From assembly GCA_951406725.2 (NCBI GenBank), contig OX597839.1, forward strand, positions 31,558,001 through 31,622,000: a stretch of DNA of 64,000 nt, given 5' to 3'. The translations under genes and the position numbers were made by a program. The notes below the pieces were generated by a model. The model had not been told where the DNA came from. It saw only the letters and a list, made by a program, of their open reading frames with translations, and did no database searches. This DNA comes from Octopus vulgaris. Its lineage: Eukaryota. Shown piece by piece: positions 50,445 to 64,000 of this stretch (position 1 is the first letter of the stretch; each line of letters opens with the position of its first letter).

Positions 50445-52751
50445 ACAGACAGACAGACACACACACACACAGACACACAGACACACACACGCACACAGAC
50501 ACACACAATTTAGATTTACTCTAAAATGTTACGTGCTATTGTGTGTTAGGTAATTGTTCAGGTACTTTTAATTGTAATCATCATCATCAACATCGTCACC
50601 AATTATGAGTATTTTCAATCAATATGTGAAGGAGCTTATGTCACTGTAACAGTTACTTTTCAAGTAGGAGTTGTCTAGGCAACATAGTGTGGGGGGAGCG
50701 AGGGGAGCGAGGGAGAGAGAGGGAATGTAATTTAGTCTTTCTCAAAAAGGATGTGCTCTATTGTGTGTGTTATATAATCTTCCTGATTTACTTCATACCT
50801 GCATAAACACACACACACACACATAATCATTATACACATGGGAACTATTACACCTGCAGCTCACTTTTGGCATAATTTCTGCATCTGGATGTCCTTCCTC
50901 ATACCAACCACTTCACAGAATGTAGTGGGTGCTTTCATCATCATAACCCCAGTACCAGTGGGACCAACTTGTAACTCACAAGACTAAAGGGCCCATACAA
51001 ATGAAAGGTGAAAATAAGAGAAATGGTGGTGACTTTAGGCAAGGTGTTGAAAAATTAAAAGTATGCGAAGATGTGAGTGAGTCTGTGATTGTAAGCATGG
51101 GAACTACTCGAGTGTGGCTGCACAATAAGCTAGAGTGTTACTGATGTTACAAGAGGTTACTTCCAGGAATTTGGGGAAATCTGGCAGAATTCCTCATGCA
51201 TTGAAATCCAGGAATTTCCTGATAATTCCATCAGACAGTACTTCAAAGATGGTGCAAAATAGGTTTCAATGACCCTTTCAGTGAGAAGAATCTGACCCCT
51301 ACTCAAATGACAAGTGAGTCATTTATTAAATAAATAATTTTCTCATGCCATAGATTTGTTAGTAGCAGGCTTTATATGAGAGATAGAGAGAGAAACTTGA
51401 TTAGTTTTGAGTTTTCTGTCTTAAACCTTTTATTACAGAATACAACATCAACTGTGGAAAGCAGTTTTTTTGTATACCAGTCTCTCTTTTGTGGAGGAAT
51501 GTCATATTTGAAACTATTTTTCGTTCAGATAGATCAAGTTTGTTGAGGCAAAGTGAGTTGCAGAAAATAGCAATTCTATTTTCTGGTAGATATTTGACAT
51601 CGTTACTGGAATAATCATAAAATTTAATTTCACAGTTAAAAGGTTAACAAATTCCAGCAGGATCAAAGCAATGTTTACCTCTAAGTCAGAATATTTGTGT
51701 TGTCTCTAATATTAGACCAGATTCCTCCCCTTTCGTCCCTCTCACATTTATCTCGTAAGTATGGTTGCCTTCATTGACATCAAACTCTTACATTTTAAAA
51801 CTTTATTCTCGACTAAAGAAACACTTTCAGCAATTAAAAAATAAATATTCTCCTTTATCCTGCTTTATTTATTTATTATTTTTCTCCTCCCTTTCTTTAA
51901 CCGAAGTCAGCCCAGCTTAATTGACCAAGTTCTATTCCCCTTCAATACCCAGCCTTGTGGACCCCTTCTGTCACCATACTCTTTTTAACTCTACCCAACT
52001 CACATTACAAGAGACAGTCTGCAATTGTTCCCAACGCTACTCTGTTTACAAACTCTATTTTTAAGTCTGATTATACTTTGCTCACATTACAAATACTCTT
52101 CTACTCTCTCTCTCTCTCTCTCCCCTTCAACCCTTCTTCATACATCTGACACAGTATATCTGCGTGAGAAAGTTGTACTAAGAAAACTTATTTCACACAA
52201 ATAATTTTCTTTGATTCATACATTTCTATTGACAGAAAAACACATTTTTATTTTATTTGTTTTAGTTGTTTATATATTTATTTTGGTTTCATTATTTTTG
52301 TACCCAATTTTACAGAAAAAAATGCAACCCTACTTTCTCTGCATCTCCCTCATTTTCTCCGATTTATTATGTAATAATATTTCCTTTTGGTTCATTGAAA
52401 TTTCCAGTGTTCCCTATCAATCAGTAACCTGAAGCCAGAGGAAGAAGCTTTTACACAAGATGCCCCTCCGTGAAATCAAACACACACTCTCATCCTTGTG
52501 AAGCAGACTTCAGAACTACTTTTCTTGACTTACCCTCCAGTGAAAGACAACTTGTCCTTGAAAATATATCAGAGCAACAAAAAAAAAAAGTGCTCCATTT
52601 GGTGAGAGAGAAATATTGTTCAATGAACAAAATATATGGTTATGAAAGATTAATGGTTGCAACCTGACAAGAAAATATCTCCAATGTATGAAACTATTAG
52701 TAGCTCATAACTATACACTGTGTACATTAAACAATTTATATATATATATAC

Positions 52752-52802
<51 letters not shown>

Positions 52803-53339
52803 TCTGAGAAAATAACTGTTTTATTTAATATATGTAGACAAAGCAGTAAAGATCAAAATAAAGATGTGTGCATTTATTTTTATCACACCTCTGTATACTC
52901 AAATCTGAAAGGCATTCACTGCAGGATTTCACCTTTGAGAAACGAATTTTCTTTCTTCAGACTTGTTTTTTATGTATGTATTACCACCTATCAGCTCCTC
53001 CTTCATGATGCATTCCTGTTTTCATTGCATTCCCTCAAACTCAGACTCACCATTGTCCATACTTCTTCCATTCATTACTTTTACCTCTGTCCTTATCTCT
53101 ACCGGCTATCAATCTTCCTTCACATTCTCATGAACTTAACCTATGTACCTATCTAGGCATCATTGATCCTCTGTCCCTATCTTCTCTCTATTCACCCTCT
53201 TGTGCCATCCTTTCTCCCTTTCTGGCTGAGGTAGCCATGTATCTCCTCTAGAGCAAAATATCTGTTCCCATCCTGTCTTTCTACTTTAGCCTCTCAGCAC
53301 AGGGAACAAAGCCACCTCTCTCAATACTGCAGCCCAAGG

Positions 53340-53560
53340 GGTCTTGTTTTGGAAGTTACTTGGTGACCTCACAAGTGCCGGTACATGAGAAGCACCCACT
53401 ATACTCTGTAAAGTGGTTGGCATTAGAAAAGACAGTAGCCACACTGACCTTGCCACAGCAGACATAGGAGATCACTGCCAGTGCTCAGCCTCCTCAGATT
53501 CTGATGATCAATGTAGTCCATGCAAGCATGAATTAGAGTCATTAGATGGGGAGGAGGATG
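53340..53560 (+). mobile_element. Family C element, old copy
   Basis: aagcacccactatactctgtaaagtggttggcattagaaaag..ccatgcaagcatg. Confidence 0.65.
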
Positions 53561-54589
53561 AGACTGTGTGTAAAAACACTTCAAGCTGAGCTTCAAGTGA
53601 GGTCGGTGGACAACCAGACACAGGGTTTTGGTGTGTTTTTACTTCTTCTGTGGCAGATACTACTTCATTTATCTGGAGCTCAACTCAATGTGTTTTTGCT
53701 GACAAAGTCTGTAAAGTGATCTGCCAGTGAATGTCTTTCACATTCTAGTGTACAGGAATGTATTAAAAATAAATATACACATCTTTATTTCCAATGAATG
53801 GATGAATGAAATGAAAATTCATGGTGAATTATTTTGTCAAAATTGCAGTGAATTAAATTATTAAAATTGATCAGTTTATAAGGAGATTGAAAATAACAAT
53901 GAAAGACCATGTGACATAGTAAATATTGATGACACCTTTCAGTTATTTTCCAACAATAGAAATATTTGTTCTTAATTTGTATTCAAAGAAAGTCTATCAG
54001 GAGATTCCACTTTATTTGATTAAGTTCATTTCGGCTGAACACATTGGGATAAAATTCCGTGACCAATGAAATTTCACAATATAACAAGTATATTCAGGCA
54101 CAGAACAAATACAAACATTTGCATAAGCTTACACATACACATATACAACCAACAGCAACATTGGACCTCAGATGTGTGTGTGTGTACTCATTGATAAGGG
54201 ATTGCCAATCAGGGCAAAATACTTAACAAGCTCTCTGTTAATACAAATCTACCAGGCTAACAAAATGTTTTCAGATTAGTAAAGAACTCCAGATAATCTT
54301 AAGGACAAGGTCAGAGGTTGAAGTCCATCACCAGTCAATTTTGTAAATCCATGGTTGTATTTCCCAGTTAATCTGGTCTTTTTCACAGAACAATATACAA
54401 GGAGAGGCATAGAGAATGGGCTTTACATATTTCTTCATTTGTGCAATTTTGACTAATAGCTGTTTCTGATGCGCATCATAGGTGCGTTCATGGCCTACTG
54501 ATCAGTCTTTTGAGCAAATGAAGAACTGAACCACCTTAAAGGTAAATGCTACTGTCATCAGAGTCTTCAAAATGTGACCTTGTGTGTAC

Positions 54590-54775
54590 AGTTGGCGATT
54601 TTTTTCCTCTGTTTTCCTTTCTCAGGATCTTTCCTTCTATGTTTCCAACAAAGAACTCCACTCGAAACGTTAAACCCTCCTTCTTCCCTTCTTTCCTGAG
54701 CGCCCAATAATACTATTTTTGTTCCACGACCTTGCGTTGTTGTGTTTTTTGTGATTTCTTGTTTGGATTAACTAT
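54590..54775 (+). mobile_element. Penelope-like terminal remnant abutting (TA)n
   Basis: tttccaacaaagaactccactcGAAACgttaaacc (eroded hammerhead-like segment), then a T-rich tail running into (TA)n. Confidence 0.5.
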
Positions 54776-55541
54776 ATATATATATACACATGCATATATA
54801 TATATATATATTGTAAGTGCAGTACATATTTGTCTAAAATAGGTATACACTTCAAGGGGATATCAACAATTTATATATAAACATATCTATACAATTCTAT
54901 ATTGAAGTATATGCTTATTCACATGGGGAGATAACTTTGTTAATTGTCGTCAGCAGAAGATCTAAATGACACAGGAGAGATGAGAAGTTTTAAGGTTGTG
55001 AAGGTTCATAATCAGACAGCAGCTGTTGCCCCACCTCTTATGGACCTGATAGGTTTGGGCCCATCAGTCACTGGGCCTTTATTGTTTGTCTGTGTACAAG
55101 CATGGTGTTGCAGGTAAAATGTGTAACTTAGAATCTTAAGTTTCCACGTCACACACTTTCTACTGAACCACATTCACAAGTCTGGAATTTATTCCCTGTT
55201 AACTATTTTGTTCTTCTAATTTAACTGTTTTAAATGGAAGCAATTCAAGGAAAAACTAATTATTGCAGACAGCTGAATGGGAAAAATAAAACTTCACTCA
55301 GCCGAATCTCTGATCAAAGAGATTAGACAGAACATACAGGTTGTAATGTCTGTCTGTGTTTTATTCAGTAAGAAGTCGATTAAAACTAATTGGGAGAAAG
55401 CTACTGACAAAAGTACACATGTATAAGAATACTGAAGGCATATGAATAAATTTCAATAATAATCAAATATTTTAATGAGATGCAAATAAGCTATACAACT
55501 AGTAAACACACACAGAGCAAAATATGCAATTCACAAACAGA

Positions 55542-55583
<42 letters not shown>

Positions 55584-55989
55584 GTGTTGTGTGTGAAGCA
55601 ATAAGCAATTTTACTAAAACGGTTTGATGGGGTTGAGAATAGAAGGAAGCATTCCAATGCTTCTTAGTCTCTTTAATTTCTTAGACAAATAAAAGAAATT
55701 AGTAAAAAAGTCAATTATGAGTTGCAGGAGAATTGAATAGAATTTATTATAAAATTTAAAGCTATTATTCCATTGAGCAGTTGCAATTTAAAAATTGTAT
55801 TTCATGTTAAAATACATCTTCAAAAGTTATAGCAGTTTAAATTTCTTGAGAAGAATGGTTTTAATAATTCAATGATATCAACTCTGTTGATGAGGTTAGG
55901 CATCAAGGACTCAACTTCAACAAGGGAAAGGAAATTAACAAGAATACAAGTAAGTATACTGTTAAGATCTCAAAATATTATCTTTCATT

Positions 55990-56222
55990 TTTATTTTTTA
56001 CTTGTTTCAGTGACTGGACTGCGGCCATGCTGGGGCACTGCCGTGAAGTGTTTGATGGAACAAATCAACCCGAGTACTTATTATATAAGGTCTCTTTTCC
56101 CAAACCACTAAGTTATGGGGATGTAAACAAACCAGCAGTGAGTATCAAGCAGAATTGGGAGACAAACACAAAGACACGCGCATAGATATATATACATACA
56201 CATAAATGTGTAAGTGTGTGTA

Positions 56223-56265
<43 letters not shown>
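55990..56265 (-). mobile_element. SINE family A, 3' half
   Basis: tttacttgtttcagtgactggactgcggccatgctgggg..ctaagttatggggatgtaaac. Confidence 0.8.
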
Positions 56266-56272
<7 letters not shown>

Positions 56273-56274
56273 GT

Positions 56275-56503
56275 TTTTTTTATTACCCACAAGGGGCTAA
56301 ACATACAGGGGGACAAACAAGGTCAGACAAACGGATTGAGTCGATTACATCGACCCCAGTGCGTATCTGGTACTTAATTTATCGACCCCGAAGGGTTGAA
56401 AGGTAAAGTCAACCTCGGCAGAATTTGAACTCAGAATGTAATGGTAGACAAAACACGGCTACGCATTTCGCCCGGCGTGCTAACGGTTCTGCCAGCTCGC
56501 CTT
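56275..56503 (-). mobile_element. SINE family B copy inserted in (TA)n
   Basis: tattacccacaaggggctaaac..atttgaactcagaa..ctgccagctcgcc. Confidence 0.9.
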
Positions 56504-56531
56504 ATATATATATATAATATATACACACATA

Positions 56532-56563
<32 letters not shown>

Positions 56564-57525
56564 CAACAAGCATGAGAAGAAACAAAAATTTTAGAAATGA
56601 GAGACCAGATAATTAATGAGAGAGAGAGAGAGAGAGAGAGAAAGAAAGAAAAGAGACCATTTAAAACCTTTGTCAGTTTTAGAAATAAAATCTTAAGGTG
56701 AGGACTGTCCGAAGAAAGAAGAAGTCACGAGACATTTGTTCTGTTATGGGTGTCCTTACCTGGGGCAGAGATGGTAAAATCCATACAACTTAGCAAGAGG
56801 TCAACCGGCTTTGGATAGTAAACCTGTCCCCCTGTGATGGCTGGAACGGCAGGTTTTGAACACTGTTTGCAAAGAATTATCTCGGTCCAACAGCAATTAA
56901 AAAACCACAACAAATGGTGTGTTTGTGTGTGTGTATAGACATGTGTATGTGTGTGTGTGTGTGTAGCTATATGTGTGTATATGTGTATAGATTATATGTG
57001 TATGTGTGTATAGATATGTATATGTGTGTACACACATATATGCATATGTGTGTGTGTGCACGTGGTGTGTGTATGTGTGTATAGATATGTGTGTAAGTGT
57101 ACAGATATATATATGTGTGTGTGTGTGTGTGTATATGTATGTAATTCCCAGTCAGCTGCTGTTCCTATTGATCAGTGCAACAACATTTGAATAGTTTCAC
57201 CAGCAGTTTCGCCATGGTTTCTCCATGGTGGCCCACAACTTGCAGACTGCAACCAGTGCTGGTAGCAGCCAACATATCAAACATTCTTATGTGAAACCAA
57301 TATACACACACAGAGTGCTCTTGTTTATAGCAGTTTGATTACTTGTAGCTGTCCAATAGACTAAATTATTAACAACTGGTGGAACTTTAAGAAAAACCTA
57401 TCCATGTTATAAACTATGTATTTTGATTTTATTCAGTTAATTTCTCTGTGACGGGTTTTCTCCTCTTTAAAGGAACCATTGTAAAAAGCAGACGAAAGAA
57501 CAGGTTAACAATATATATCAGTAGA

Positions 57526-57571
57526 AGATAGATAGATAGATAGACAGAGAGACAGAGATAGATAGCTAGAT

Positions 57572-57604
<33 letters not shown>

Positions 57605-57605
57605 C

Positions 57606-57656
<51 letters not shown>

Positions 57657-57657
57657 G

Positions 57658-57692
<35 letters not shown>

Positions 57693-57703
57693 CAGATAGA
57701 TAG

Positions 57704-57742
<39 letters not shown>

Positions 57743-57850
57743 GATAGATGGATAGATAGATAGACAGATAGATAGATAAATAGAAAGACAGAGATAAAGA
57801 GAGAAAGAACAAGGAGAGAGAGAGAGAGGGAGACAGAGAGAGAGAGAATG
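57526..57850. repeat. (GATA)n / (GA)n microsatellite
   Basis: Direct reading. Confidence 0.95.
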
Positions 57851-58309
57851 TGTGTGTTTTGTGTGTGTGTGCGTTAGCTTCTATGTTTTGAAAAAAGCCA
57901 TCTAATCCTATTATTTAAAATTATTTTTAGATAAAAAAAAGATGTTTCTGATTACACTAACAATTTTTTTGTGGGGGATTAAAGTAAAAACCAAAACAAA
58001 TAAATGAATGTCAGGAATCAAAGAAAAAGAAAGTTTGGAAAAAGAGGGAGACTGGATGTTGAGGCTGATGGAATGAGCAAAGGTTTATTATCTTATTATT
58101 ATTGTGTGTGTAAATCAAATGAAAGAAGCAGAGTTAAATACTGGTTGTGCAGATCTTTAAGACTGGCAAAAGGAATAAGATTCTTAAATCTAGTTTCTGT
58201 TTGTGGATTAAACCAACGGAACAACGACGAGACAGAAATATAAAGAAGACGAGTTGAAGAACTTCTAATAATAGAATCACATGACAAAAATAACAAGTCA
58301 CTGTCTATC

Positions 58310-58538
58310 TTCTATCTTTTATCTTAGACTGCTTGCTTGCTCTAGTCATTAGACTGCAGCCATGCTGGGGCAACAGATTCAAGAAATTTTAGTTGAAGCA
58401 ATCGACCGCAGTACTTTATTTTAAAGCCTGGCACTTATTCTATTGGTCTCATTTTGCCAAACTGCTGAGTTATGGGGACAAAAACACACCAACAGAGATT
58501 GTCGAGCAGTGGTGGTGATAAACATAGACACCCACCTA

Positions 58539-58581
<43 letters not shown>

Positions 58582-58765
58582 CATTATCATCATATATATA
58601 TATGCACATACATCATACATATATACATACATATACAATGAGCTTCTTTCAGTTTCCATGAACCAAATTCATTCACAAGACTTTGGGCAGCCCGGGGCTA
58701 TAGTATAAGACACTTACTGAAGGTTCCATGCAGTGGGACTGAACCCAGAGCCATGTGGTTAGGAA
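58310..58765 (-). mobile_element. SINE family A, older copy
   Basis: agtcattagactgcagccatgctgggg..cagtgggactgaacccagagccatgtggtt. Confidence 0.8.
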
Positions 58766-58792
58766 ATAAATTCATTATTAGACAGCACTGCC

Positions 58793-59209
58793 TACTCTTA
58801 CTCTCTCTTTTACTCTTTTACTTGTTTCAGTCATTTGACTGCGGCCATGCTGGAGCACTGCCTTTAGTCGAGCAAATCGACTCCGGGACTTATTCTTTGT
58901 AAGCCCAGTACTTATTCTATCGGTCTCTTTTGCCGAACCGCTAAGTGATGGGGACGTAAACACACCAGCATCGGTTGTCAAGCAATGCTAGGGGGACAAA
59001 CACAGACACACAAACACACATACATACATATGCACATACATATATACGACAGGCTTCTTTCAGTTTCCGTCTACCAAATCCACTCACAAGGCATTGGTCG
59101 GCCTGGGGCTATAGCAGAAGACACTTGCCCAAGGTGCCATGCAGTGGGACTGAACCCGGAACCATGTGGTTGGTTAGCAAGCTACTTACCACACAGCCAC
59201 TCCTGTGCA
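58793..59209 (-). mobile_element. SINE family A, young full-length copy
   Basis: Near-identical to 8713-9138. Confidence 0.93.
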
Positions 59210-59654
59210 TAATTCATAACAACCATAACTAAATGAACAAAACTATCCACGTACGCAATGGTTTATTACAGTAAATGTTGAAAACTATTAAGATGATATA
59301 ATCTGTGATTTAGACATGATGCGATTGGATGAAATATCTCCACTTCGTTGACGTTGAAGGGATTTTCTTTAAATACATATTAGAGAAACTCAATTTTACA
59401 TTTAAATTTCCTATCAAATAGATTATAGGTTATGATGGCAAAAAAACCTCAAGACAGAGATATATTCCTACTTAAGATAGTAATACTGACATATCTGTCT
59501 CTTTATCAACCATTTTCTGTGCTGCTGTTGAATAAAAATGTTGAGAAAACAACATTTTCAAGACATCCCCACCAACTGTCACCTCAGTCCTCAGCGCCAT
59601 CTTTCTATCCTCCAATTTAAATATCTTGACTGAAATTTTCTTCTTTGTTTTTTT

Positions 59655-59992
59655 TTTATCTTTTACTTGTTTCAGTTTTGGACTGTGGCCATGCTGAGGC
59701 ACCACCTTGAAGCCTGACATTTATATTCAATCAGTCTCTTTTGACAAATTTCTAAGTGAAGGGATGTAAACAAAACAACACCAGTTTTCAAGTGGTGGTT
59801 GGAGACAAACACACGCATATATATCATGGGCTTCTACTCAGTTTTCATCTACCAAGCTCACTGAAAAGGCTTTGGTCAGCCTAGGGCTATAGAAGAAGAC
59901 ATTTAGCAAAGGCTCCAGCACACAATGGGACTGAACCTATGACCACATGGTTGGGAAGCAAGCTCCTTAACCACACAGCCACACTTTTCACC
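59655..59992 (-). mobile_element. SINE family A, older copy
   Basis: ttttacttgtttcagttttggactgtggccatgctg..gggactgaacc..ccacacagccac. Confidence 0.8.
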
Positions 59993-60224
59993 TGACACAT
60001 AAAGCCCCTTAACCCCAACAACCATCCTATAAATCTTTCTTGCTAAACTTGATCCATTCCAGCAACTAATAACTTGTATCCATGGGACATGGATACAATA
60101 TACTAACAAAGCAGTTTAGGAAACATCAGGCTTGAACAGGTCCATCAGGTCAGGGTTAAGGATATCCCAGAGATGTCGTGAGAGGGGTCCAGCGGAGTGA
60201 ATAGGATTGCTAAGATGATGTGTA

Positions 60225-60460
60225 TATTTCTTTATTACCCACAAGGGGCTAAACACAGAGAGGACAAACAAGGACAGACAAAGGGATTAAGTCGATTACA
60301 TCGATCCCAGTGCGTAACTGGTACTTTATTTATCGACCCCGAAAGGATGAAAGGCAAAGTCGACCTCGGCGGAATTTGAACTCAGAACGTAGCGACGGAC
60401 GAAATACCGCTAAGCATTTCGCCTGGCGCGCTAACGTTTCTGCCAGCTCGCCGCCTTCAG
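60225..60460 (-). mobile_element. SINE family B, young full-length copy with TSD
   Basis: Full consensus; TSD taagatgatgtgta (60211-60224) / taagacgatatgta (60461-60474), 2 mismatches. Confidence 0.93.
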
Positions 60461-60875
60461 TAAGACGATATGTAGCTTTGTTCTTACTCGATGTCAAGAC
60501 CGACTGCCATACAATTAAACCAATATGATACAACATACCAGTAATATCATGGTGTCAATGTTTATCGATCATTGTAAAGTCTGGCTGACTGCTCTTCCAC
60601 TAAATCTTTTTTAATAAAGACCCCTCCTCCTTCACCAGCCTCAGAAAATAAAAATAAAAAAAAAAAATATAATTACTAAAGCATAAAATGTATATGTGTC
60701 TGTGTGTGTGTGTTTGTGTGTTTGTGTGCATGCATGCATGTATGTATGCACGTGCATGTGTGTGTGTACCAATTTATAAGCATAATGTAATTTAATAATC
60801 TCATTCTTCAGGGTACAATTATGAGTAATTAAAATTTCTAAATTAACTTTGAGTCAGCTAAAATACAATGTACTG

Positions 60876-60913
60876 GATTATTATTATTACTATTATTATC
60901 ATTATTATTACTC

Positions 60914-60953
<40 letters not shown>

Positions 60954-61010
60954 TATTAACAATAACAAAAATAATAAAGCTAAAAACAACAACAACAACA
61001 ATGATAATAT
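60876..61010. repeat. (ATT)n then (AAC/AAT)n microsatellite
   Basis: Direct reading. Confidence 0.9.
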
Positions 61011-61592
61011 TAGAAAAGTAAAATTTATAACAAATAAGTCAGTAAATGGAACCAAATTTCTGCTCAGAAAATTCTATGAAACAATAACCCCCAAGACAAA
61101 GCCGTTATCCTTCAAAGCAGAGACCAACCTATTGAAGTCTTTGAATGGTCTTTTTGTATGTCCCCCCCCCTCCTGCTCAGTTTGTTATTAAACATTCTTA
61201 TGATTGACCGACAAAGATCCTGTCAAATGCAGAAAGTAATAATGTTTGTGTAGACCCAGTGAGATAATGTGACAAAAATATATAAACACACCATTTCATT
61301 TGAGATGAACATTAGGAAAAAAACATTCTCTATCAGATCCTTTTATTGGCACCATTAAGAAACCGAATGGTCGAATTTAATTCCAAAAGACTGTAACCCT
61401 GATCTATTACAATCTTTGGACCGGAAGGCATTTTGTCCACTGCTCCACCAGTTTTATTAGTGACCAGCATCCTTGGAGTCTGACCAAGTTGTTTCTAATT
61501 TAAATATGGGGCCAAGGCTGGGAACTGGCAGAATCATTAGCATGCTGGGCAAAATGTTGAGTGGCATTCCATCCATCTTTACATTCTCGTAC

Positions 61593-61626
<34 letters not shown>

Positions 61627-61686
61627 ATGTATGTATGTATATAAATATAGTAATATTACGAGCATGAAATTAGCATTAGCTTATCT

Positions 61687-61762
61687 CATGCTTTCTCATG
61701 GAATCCCTAGGAACCTTTTGCAGAACCTTAGGGTTCCAAGGAACACCGGTTGAGAAACACTA
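61687..61762. mobile_element. Short Charlie/MER5-like MITE
   Basis: ..ggaaccttttgcagaaccttagggttccaaggaacaccggttgagaaacacta followed by the target-like gtctacag. Confidence 0.55.
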
Positions 61763-61895
61763 GTCTACAGTGAGAAATTTTCTCCATCACAAAAACACAA
61801 TAAACGGCCTTCTTATGGGCTCAAATATGCCCCAAGCATATTTGAACGGTTGACAAGTTCGTATTCATACACATCACTGCTTGGTGCTGTCATCA
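61763..61895. mobile_element. Half copy of the 42808-43050 foldback element
   Basis: gtctacagtgagaaattttctc..ttcttatggg.tc.aa..gcc..aa.catatttgaac..gacaag matches the right arm; the continuation catacacatcactgcttggtgctgtca matches the reverse complement of the left outer arm. Confidence 0.7.
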
Positions 61896-62959
61896 TGATA
61901 ATTCTAATGTTTAAAGCAGTGATTTAGACATTTCAGTTGATTTATTATCTATCTCAGGAAGTGGTGTATTAGACCAGGAACCACTACAGCTACTGTTTAC
62001 TGGTTGGTATCAAGTTACCAGAATTAAACAACATGACTTATTGATAAAAGTACTGAACAATAACGGTCCTTTACACACTTGTAGCAGCCAACTATTTTCT
62101 TGGGCCTCTAACTAGACAAGATTCTGATCAGCAAGAAGCAACAACAAAGGCACTGAAGAATTCTTTACATGACAACAGGCAGAACACAAAACATTCATAA
62201 AAAAAACAGCAGCAACCGAGATACACCCTGTCCCCACCCCCATTGCCTAAAGCTATGAATACAGCAGAATAATGAAGAAACTAAACCATTCTGATGTATG
62301 TAGTGCGTATATATCGAAGGTCAATGTAGTACAGCGATGGTGATGAAACTTAGATCAGTTTCCATTCATATTATTTTCCCTGAAGAGAACAACAATGTTA
62401 TTTTCATGGCATTTACTATTTTCTTACATAACTTACGTAAATAGTTTTGTTCAATACACTTCAGCTATTTATTTTTTTTATTATTATCTTTTGCTTATTT
62501 CTTATCTTGCTTAGATCTCCCACCGTCACTTCTTACTCAATCTTTTGTACACATTCATTATATATACATTCACTTACATATGGTAGCAGACGCACACAAA
62601 CACTTATACACACACATGTATGTATATATATATATATATATGTATAAATATACGAGTGTGTCACATCTACACAAATGCACATATCTATGTAAATGATAAC
62701 ACAGTATTAGCCTAAACGACCTGGCCATGTTGTGCAATCTGTGGACTATCAGTAAGCAAAACAACTGGTTTAATCTCAGCTGAATGAAAGACACAAAACA
62801 AGGAGAAGAGAAGCAGTTCAGACATTTACCCAGAATCATAATTTGGAAAGAAGTGTAACATTTTGTCTGAGAGAGAATTATTGGTAAACAGAGGAGACCC
62901 AGATGGATCGTGTGTGATGGAAGATGGTATTTTGACATAGCAAGAATTGAACATTTCAA

Positions 62960-63165
62960 TGCCAGACTTGTTTGGCACCTGTGCAGGTGGCACGTAAAAA
63001 GCACCCACTACGCTCATGGAGTGGTTGGCGTTAGGAAGGGCATCCAGCCGTAGAAACATTGCCAGATCAGACTGGGCCTGGTGCAGCCTTCTGGCTTCAC
63101 AGACCCCAGTTGCACCGTCCAACCCATGCCAGCATGGAAAGCGGACGCTAAACGATGATGATGAA
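62960..63165 (+). mobile_element. Family C RTE-related short retroelement
   Basis: ggtggcacgtaaaaagcacccactac..ggagtggttggcgttaggaagggcatccagccgtagaaac..ggacgctaaacgatgatgatg. Confidence 0.88.
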
Positions 63166-63530
63166 TGGTAATTGGGAAAGGAGACAGTAGTGTGAAGGGA
63201 CCAACACAGCAGTGCGGAGGGACCAACACTTCATAATTCCTCTGCCTCCCCTCCACATGTCATCCCTCCCTCATTCATCAAGATCCACATTAACCACTTT
63301 ACTGGATCACTTCAAGCTTGAAGTGCTGTCCCCAAAAGTCCTTTCCTTGTCAAACCACATCACCCTCCTCATGAATATCAGATGACTTGTAATGGCTATC
63401 ACAGCACACACACACACACAAAATAAAAAAGTATTACTTGCAAATCATTAAAATTTCATTTACAAAATCTGGGCTTCCAAATGAAATAAAAAGATAACTG
63501 ATGTTTTTCCTTTCACGGGAATTCTAAATT

Positions 63531-63762
63531 TTTTAATTTTTTAATTTTTTTTTATTGCCCACAGGGGGCTAAAACATAGACGGGACAAACAAAGGGATTA
63601 AGTCGATTGCATCGACCCCAGTGCGTAACTTGTACTTATTTAATCGACCCCGAAAGGATGAAAGGCAAAGTCAACCTCGGCAGAATTTGAACTCAGAACA
63701 TAGCGGCAGATGATATACGGCTATGCATTTTGCCTGGCGTGCTAACGTTTCTGCCAGGTCAC
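63531..63762 (-). mobile_element. SINE family B with 15-bp TSD
   Basis: TSD cgggaattctaaatt at 63516-63530 and 63763-63777. Confidence 0.92.
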
Positions 63763-63976
63763 CGGGAATTCTAAATTGAAACAAAGAAGCAGAGCAGCTT
63801 GGTCTGACAATGGTGTGAATGGCAGGTTTGAAATTTTACACCCAAAAGAAGAGGGTTTTTTTTTTACAGCAAAAATCTGAGACAGTTATGACTATAAACT
63901 AAAACCATGTCATTGTAACATATCAGAATTATGGTAGTGTAATCCAAGAGGAATAATAATAAATGTTACTATAAGA

Positions 63977-64000
63977 AGGCACGTGGCTTAGTGGTCAGGG
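63977..64000 (+). mobile_element. Start of a SINE family D copy, cut by the window edge
   Basis: aggcacgtggcttagtggtcaggg matches the head of the 44401-44726 element. Confidence 0.6.

Overview
AT-rich, repeat-saturated eukaryotic non-coding DNA (intronic or intergenic). The dense (TA)n/(CA)n/(GA)n microsatellites, abundant tRNA-derived SINEs with internal microsatellites, and RTE/CR1/Penelope debris suggest a coleoid cephalopod, most likely Octopus; this is inferred from repeat content only. I cannot support any intact protein-coding gene, rRNA, true tRNA or CRISPR array. Almost all ORFs in the track are translations of microsatellites or SINEs. The window holds at least four SINE-like families (several young copies, one family with 14-15 bp TSDs), RTE and CR1 LINE remnants, piggyBac-, hAT/Charlie-, Tc1/mariner- and Tigger-type non-autonomous DNA elements (some nested), and a foldback element. 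The most notable signals are: (i) several hammerhead-ribozyme-like cores, some in short unique stubs next to (TA)n tracts (Penelope-like); (ii) a 139-bp, ~96% identical inverted templated duplication inserted into a SINE; (iii) closely spaced inverted repeat pairs that could form long dsRNA; and (iv) a few weak isolated exon candidates. I found no convincing new multi-gene system. Repeat boundaries are read by eye and approximate.
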